Shown here one piece after another: positions 59,511-64,000 of a stretch of 64,000 nucleotides of DNA. The stretch's first letter is position 1, and each line of letters begins with the position of its first letter. The DNA comes from Sedimentisphaerales bacterium (GTDB taxonomy: Bacteria; Planctomycetota; Phycisphaerae; Sedimentisphaerales; SM23-30), in NCBI GenBank assembly GCA_963666285.1, contig OY762711.1. The stretch is one strand, 5' to 3'. The notes under the pieces were generated by a model. It searched no databases. It saw only the letters and a program-made list of their open reading frames with translations, and was not told the origin of the DNA. A program made the position numbers and the translations under genes.

Positions 59511-62297
59511 GTGAGCAGATTAAAGTTTTGTTTCCTGATCGTCATAAGCTTTGTGATATTCACAAATCCACTCTCGGCCTTTGATAACCCGTTCAGCTAT
59601 GTAAGCGGGATTAATGACTGCGACGTGATAAAGTATAACGGTGAATATTATATCACCGGTAACTGGCTGGGCGGCGATATGTTCAGTTCGCGTAACCTGA
59701 CTGACTGGGGCGAGCGGAAGCATATCTTTTCGCCGAATAATTCCTGGCATGTACCAAGGAACTCTAACCCGGACATGGATATTCACGGGACGCATATTGC
59801 TTATGATAACGGAACATTTCATCTTTACGCTCACCTGGACACCACGGCGACAGTAAGCATCGTCCATGCGATAAGCGACAGCCCGACCGGGCCATATACC
59901 GAGCCAATTGACGAACCATTTGATGTAGCGACAATCGATGTAAAAACATTTAAGGATCTGGATGGTTCGCTGCATTATTACAGTACCCGTTTTGGCGGGG
60001 TAAGCGGCAACCATAACGACTATCGCTCGATGAGCGATTATAATACCCTGACCAGTGATCCAAAGACATTAATCTGGCCGATCTACAGCTGGGAACTTAT
60101 CGACGGTACAATTAATGAAGGTTCATTTGTATTCAGGTACCGCGACAAATATTATATGCTATTTAACGGCAACCACACGCGAGCGCCGGAATATGCCATT
60201 GGTTGCGTGGAAGCAGATACACCAGATGGTTTTTCGAACTCGACCAAGTATGCCGACCCGGTAATCCCGGTAACAGATTATACCGCACTGGGCAATACAT
60301 ACCAGATACGAACAATCGGTCAGCCGTGGATGGTTGAAGGTTTGAACGGTTTCGAGAAATGGGCGGGCTATTTTGCTATAGACACCAGGGAGAGCGGATT
60401 GGGCAGGACCCAGCGAATCGACCGGGCACATTTTTTTGACAGGAAGCTGTACATAGACGGGCCGACAAATCGTTATATGTCTGGGTATCATCCGGGACCG
60501 GCCGAGCCACAGCTGCGAAGTTTGTTTTATCTGCCGGACGGAGATATGCCGGGCGAAGACTGGCAGGAAGCATTTGGCGGACAATGGCAAGTGGAAGACG
60601 AGCAGGCATTTCAGAGCAATCAATCGACCTTTAGCTTTAACCTGGTCAATCGTCAGCCGGCAACAAATTATATATTCGAGGCAAATGTCAAGATGCCTGA
60701 ACTGCGGGACGAGGAAGACAAAGCCGGGGTAGTAGCATATTATAAGGATTCGAATAACTGGATGATTATCGGCGTTGACCGCAGCGAGAATTATAATGGT
60801 GACAACTGGTATTGCCATTTGAAAACGGATACCTCAGAAGGCGTGGTAGGTTACGGTAAATTTGAAGGCAGTTTTGATTACTCGGTATATCATAAGATAC
60901 GGGTAGAGCGAAACGGAAAAGTATTCAGGATATTGTTTGACGATGTTCTGCCGCCAAATTATTCAGATATCGAAACAGACTTTAGCGAGCCGGGAGTACC
61001 AGGGCTGTATTCAGACCATGCCGCAGCGTATTACGATGGTATAATCTACACTATCGGCTGGGATGAATTTGATGAAAGTATAAGCGGCTGGGGTGATGGG
61101 ACAGGCGGGATTACCCAGGCCGGTACATGGTCAGTAAACGGTGATGGTCTTAATACAACTAATAGCGGTCGTATTTTTAAAGGTGATCTAATGGCCGAAT
61201 ATGAGTTTTCGGTTCAGCTGTATAAAGAGGATGCCAGCAATGGCAGTATGGGCGTTTACCCGGTAATAGCCGATAAGAATAATTACCTAAAGGCTTCTCT
61301 CGACCTGTCTGCCGGACAGTTTATTGTAACCGGTAAAAAAGACGGACAGGTATTGACAACCCAGAGTTGTGACATAGACATTCAAAACAGTTATAATATA
61401 CGGGCAGTAAAACTGGAAGACAGGCTTATATTCTTTATTGACGGGAAAGAGACACTAACAACAAATGTGAGTTTTCCGGAGTCACAGGTCGGGCTGTTTA
61501 GTGAAAATATGAATGCCAGGTTTAACGGCATAATGGTGTACCAGACATCGCCGGGCACAGTGCCGAGCCCATGGCAGAGTGCTGATATCGGCAGCGTCGG
61601 CTTTGAAGGCAGTGCAAGCTATAGCGACGGCACATTTACTATTAACGGCAGTGGAACAGATATATGGAACTATAACGACAGTTTTCATTTTGCCTACCGG
61701 GAGATGCTGGGCGACGGCGAGATAAGCGCCCGTCTGGTATCTAATGACAGTACTGACAACTGGGACAAGGCGGCGGTAATGTTTCGAGACGGACTGGCAG
61801 ATAATGCCGGGATGGCACTGCTGGTAGTCAATGGAAACGGTCAGCTGCAACATATGACGCGCAGCGGACCGGGGGCTGCCGCCCAGGTTATAAATTACAT
61901 GACACTAACAAGTGACCAGGTGTGGCTGAAGATGCGAAGGGTGGGAGACAGATATTACAGTTTTTTTTCATATGACGGAGGGGAATGGACACTATTCAGC
62001 AGCAGTGTGCCGGGCTTCGTTGGTGATTATATGAATATCGGGCTGGCGGTATCGGCACATAATAATGCCCGGTTAAACGGCGCGGTTTTTGATGATGTGA
62101 TAATCAACGGTTGTTCGCCGGGAATATACATATCAGATATTAATAAAGATTGCAGTGTTGACATTGCAGATATGCAGATATTTGCGGCAAACTGGCTCAG
62201 TATATTGTCAGCAAATACGCAAACTAATTTCAATGATGACAATATTTCTGATTTGGCTGACTTTGCAACTTTTTCAAATGAATGGTTGAATGAATAA
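59511..62297 (+). CDS. Secreted GH43-like glycoside hydrolase with beta-sandwich domains and dockerin-like C-terminus
   Basis: Signal peptide; propeller motifs DCDVIKYNGEYY, SDSPTGPY, IDVKTFKD, INEGSFVFRYRDKYYMLF; GSGTDIWNYNDSFHFAY module; DINKDCSVDIADMQIFAANWL. Confidence 0.82.
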   Translation: MSRLKFCFLIVISFVIFTNPLSAFDNPFSYVSGINDCDVIKYNGEYYITGNWLGGDMFSSRNLTDWGERKHIFSPNNSWHVPRNSNPDMDIHGTHIAYDNGTFHLYAHLDTTATVSIVHAISDSPTGPYTEPIDEPFDVATIDVKTFKDLDGSLHYYSTRFGGVSGNHNDYRSMSDYNTLTSDPKTLIWPIYSWELIDGTINEGSFVFRYRDKYYMLFNGNHTRAPEYAIGCVEADTPDGFSNSTKYADPVIPVTDYTALGNTYQIRTIGQPWMVEGLNGFEKWAGYFAIDTRESGLGRTQRIDRAHFFDRKLYIDGPTNRYMSGYHPGPAEPQLRSLFYLPDGDMPGEDWQEAFGGQWQVEDEQAFQSNQSTFSFNLVNRQPATNYIFEANVKMPELRDEEDKAGVVAYYKDSNNWMIIGVDRSENYNGDNWYCHLKTDTSEGVVGYGKFEGSFDYSVYHKIRVERNGKVFRILFDDVLPPNYSDIETDFSEPGVPGLYSDHAAAYYDGIIYTIGWDEFDESISGWGDGTGGITQAGTWSVNGDGLNTTNSGRIFKGDLMAEYEFSVQLYKEDASNGSMGVYPVIADKNNYLKASLDLSAGQFIVTGKKDGQVLTTQSCDIDIQNSYNIRAVKLEDRLIFFIDGKETLTTNVSFPESQVGLFSENMNARFNGIMVYQTSPGTVPSPWQSADIGSVGFEGSASYSDGTFTINGSGTDIWNYNDSFHFAYREMLGDGEISARLVSNDSTDNWDKAAVMFRDGLADNAGMALLVVNGNGQLQHMTRSGPGAAAQVINYMTLTSDQVWLKMRRVGDRYYSFFSYDGGEWTLFSSSVPGFVGDYMNIGLAVSAHNNARLNGAVFDDVIINGCSPGIYISDINKDCSVDIADMQIFAANWLSILSANTQTNFNDDNISDLADFATFSNEWLNE

Positions 62298-62429
62298 TTA
62301 ACTCAAACTGACCGAGGGCAATTTTGAGAGGTATTAGGTATTAGGGAAGGTATGCCGCCAAGCGGCAGGTCGAGACAGTTTGTATAAAACTATGATTAGC
62401 CAAAGTTAAATATGACCAGCTAATGGAAA

Positions 62430-63911
62430 TCATTTCTTAAGTTTAACCCAAATCCCATTTTTTTCTATTTTTTGTAATATTATTCTATAATTATGAGTAT
62501 GGCTATCATTACCTTTTCTTTCCCAAATTACTTCCAAAGGCAATTCAGACTCATCAGGTAGGAGGTATGTCATTAACCTGGAATCATTTTTTTGAATTTT
62601 CAGCTTACTTGTTTTGCCAATTGTCAAAAGATCAATATCTTTTCCTGTCAAAAAACCTAAATCCCACATAATGCAGTCATTAGAAATAGAATTAAGCTCC
62701 TTATGAGCATTAGCTAACCCTGCATTTTTACTATCATTTACAATTTTACAATTTTTTAAATCATAAATATATGGCAATTTATTTTTTAAAGCGTAACTCA
62801 TTCTAGGTATATAAATATCGTTATTAAAGTTGCTTTCCTTTACATTATCAATTTCTTTTAGATTATCAATAACATTATTTATCTTTTCAAAAGGATATGC
62901 CTTATAATAAAATTGTATAGGTTGCCCCCCAAATGATCTATCATGAACTCTAGTTCCAACCGGCACACCTAAACCATCAAAGCTAAACATCTCATCAGGT
63001 AAATCAACTCCAATTTTCATATTTTCAAACTTACATGTTAATAGTTCTTCTTTGATGTAGTTAAGATTATATATTTTAACATTTTTTATAAGCCAAATTC
63101 CTTTATAATCCTTTGATTCTTCAAATTCAGCTTCATAAGAACTAACAAGCTTAACATCTTCATAATCTGTAATTTCATTGTTATACACTTTATGGCTCAA
63201 TACAATAAATCTTTTTGGACAAATATTGATTTCCCTGATAACCTTATGCGGTTTACCGTGTTTAGTCGTGGTTTGTTTATTATATTTGAGTTGAATAGTT
63301 CCATCTTTTGTATCTAATGAGATTTCAGGTTCAATATCATTATCATTCTGTTTGGTAATATATTCCCAAACTTTTTGATACCCCCCCATACAACCTCTAC
63401 CATAAAAATAATCGATATCAAAATTCGATGTTAACTGAAATGGTTTAGTTACAAGGGAAGGTCTACGATTTATATATGCCATCTCATCAGTCACATCATA
63501 ATAAATAGACTTTTCTCTATCATAAGCAATTCTCATATTTTTATTGCCAAGAAAAGAGTCTTTATTGGCATTCTGGTTTTCAACTAAAATATCATGCCGC
63601 CTTTTATCATCTTTTTGATACCAATCAACATTCCATTCACTAGTACCAATAATTGATTTTAATCGCATTTGTCCAGTATATGCAGATCTTGCTGACCTGG
63701 ATGCTTTATCATAATCAACACTCTTGCCACATTGCAATGATAATTTAAGACTACCCTCTGAAAAGTGAATATATTCCTGCCGCTGCTCATATGTAAGCTT
63801 AAGGCGTCTGGCTACCTCTTCTATGTCTCCTAGCAATTGCGACTCGGCAAAGGTAATGCTAGCACTGAAAAATACATATAATACAACTAAAAATAAACGG
63901 TTAATTACCAT
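62430..63911 (-). CDS. Hypothetical exported protein
   Basis: 493 aa ORF with signal peptide; visibly more AT-rich than its neighbours. Confidence 0.75.
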   Translation of the reverse strand: MVINRLFLVVLYVFFSASITFAESQLLGDIEEVARRLKLTYEQRQEYIHFSEGSLKLSLQCGKSVDYDKASRSARSAYTGQMRLKSIIGTSEWNVDWYQKDDKRRHDILVENQNANKDSFLGNKNMRIAYDREKSIYYDVTDEMAYINRRPSLVTKPFQLTSNFDIDYFYGRGCMGGYQKVWEYITKQNDNDIEPEISLDTKDGTIQLKYNKQTTTKHGKPHKVIREINICPKRFIVLSHKVYNNEITDYEDVKLVSSYEAEFEESKDYKGIWLIKNVKIYNLNYIKEELLTCKFENMKIGVDLPDEMFSFDGLGVPVGTRVHDRSFGGQPIQFYYKAYPFEKINNVIDNLKEIDNVKESNFNNDIYIPRMSYALKNKLPYIYDLKNCKIVNDSKNAGLANAHKELNSISNDCIMWDLGFLTGKDIDLLTIGKTSKLKIQKNDSRLMTYLLPDESELPLEVIWERKGNDSHTHNYRIILQKIEKNGIWVKLKK

Positions 63912-64000
63912 GTGTTAATTCTTTCACGCTCAATGAAAATAATAGTTTAGTTACCAATATGAAATATTTCTATTTACAATTAAAATCAAATTATATTTAA

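Overview
A 64-kb bacterial chromosome segment with about 50 genes. The gene content (prepilin/DUF1559-type protein, FlgI-HEAT lipoprotein next to smc, ECF-FecR-LamG modules, dockerin-like C-terminal tags, PEP-CTERM proteins) points to Planctomycetota, probably Phycisphaerae/Sedimentisphaerales (inference). It carries housekeeping genes (tRNA-Thr, xerC, yggS, trxA, tatA, panC, dgt, smc, icd) and secreted or surface-protein modules. I found no CRISPR array, rRNA or intact transposase. Main leads: (1) a ParA/Soj ATPase fused to a C-terminal glycogen-binding CBM48/AMPK-type domain, followed by an ORF absent from the ORF track that looks like a degenerate MinD/ParA-like partner, a candidate glycogen or alpha-glucan positioning system; (2) a sigma28/FliA-WhiG-like promoter motif, T(A/C)AAG-N15-17-NNCGAT(A/G), correctly oriented upstream of about ten genes outside any flagellar cluster, including parA-CBM48, smc and capD; (3) a four-copy PEP-CTERM array with mosaic variable segments, poly-G tracts (one copy frameshifted in G8) and a 662-bp direct repeat placing a possibly silent cassette behind a terminator, a candidate surface-variation locus; (4) strong DPN-motif enrichment in a secreted protein and two families of dispersed intergenic repeats. 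All functional calls come from motifs read by eye, with no database search.
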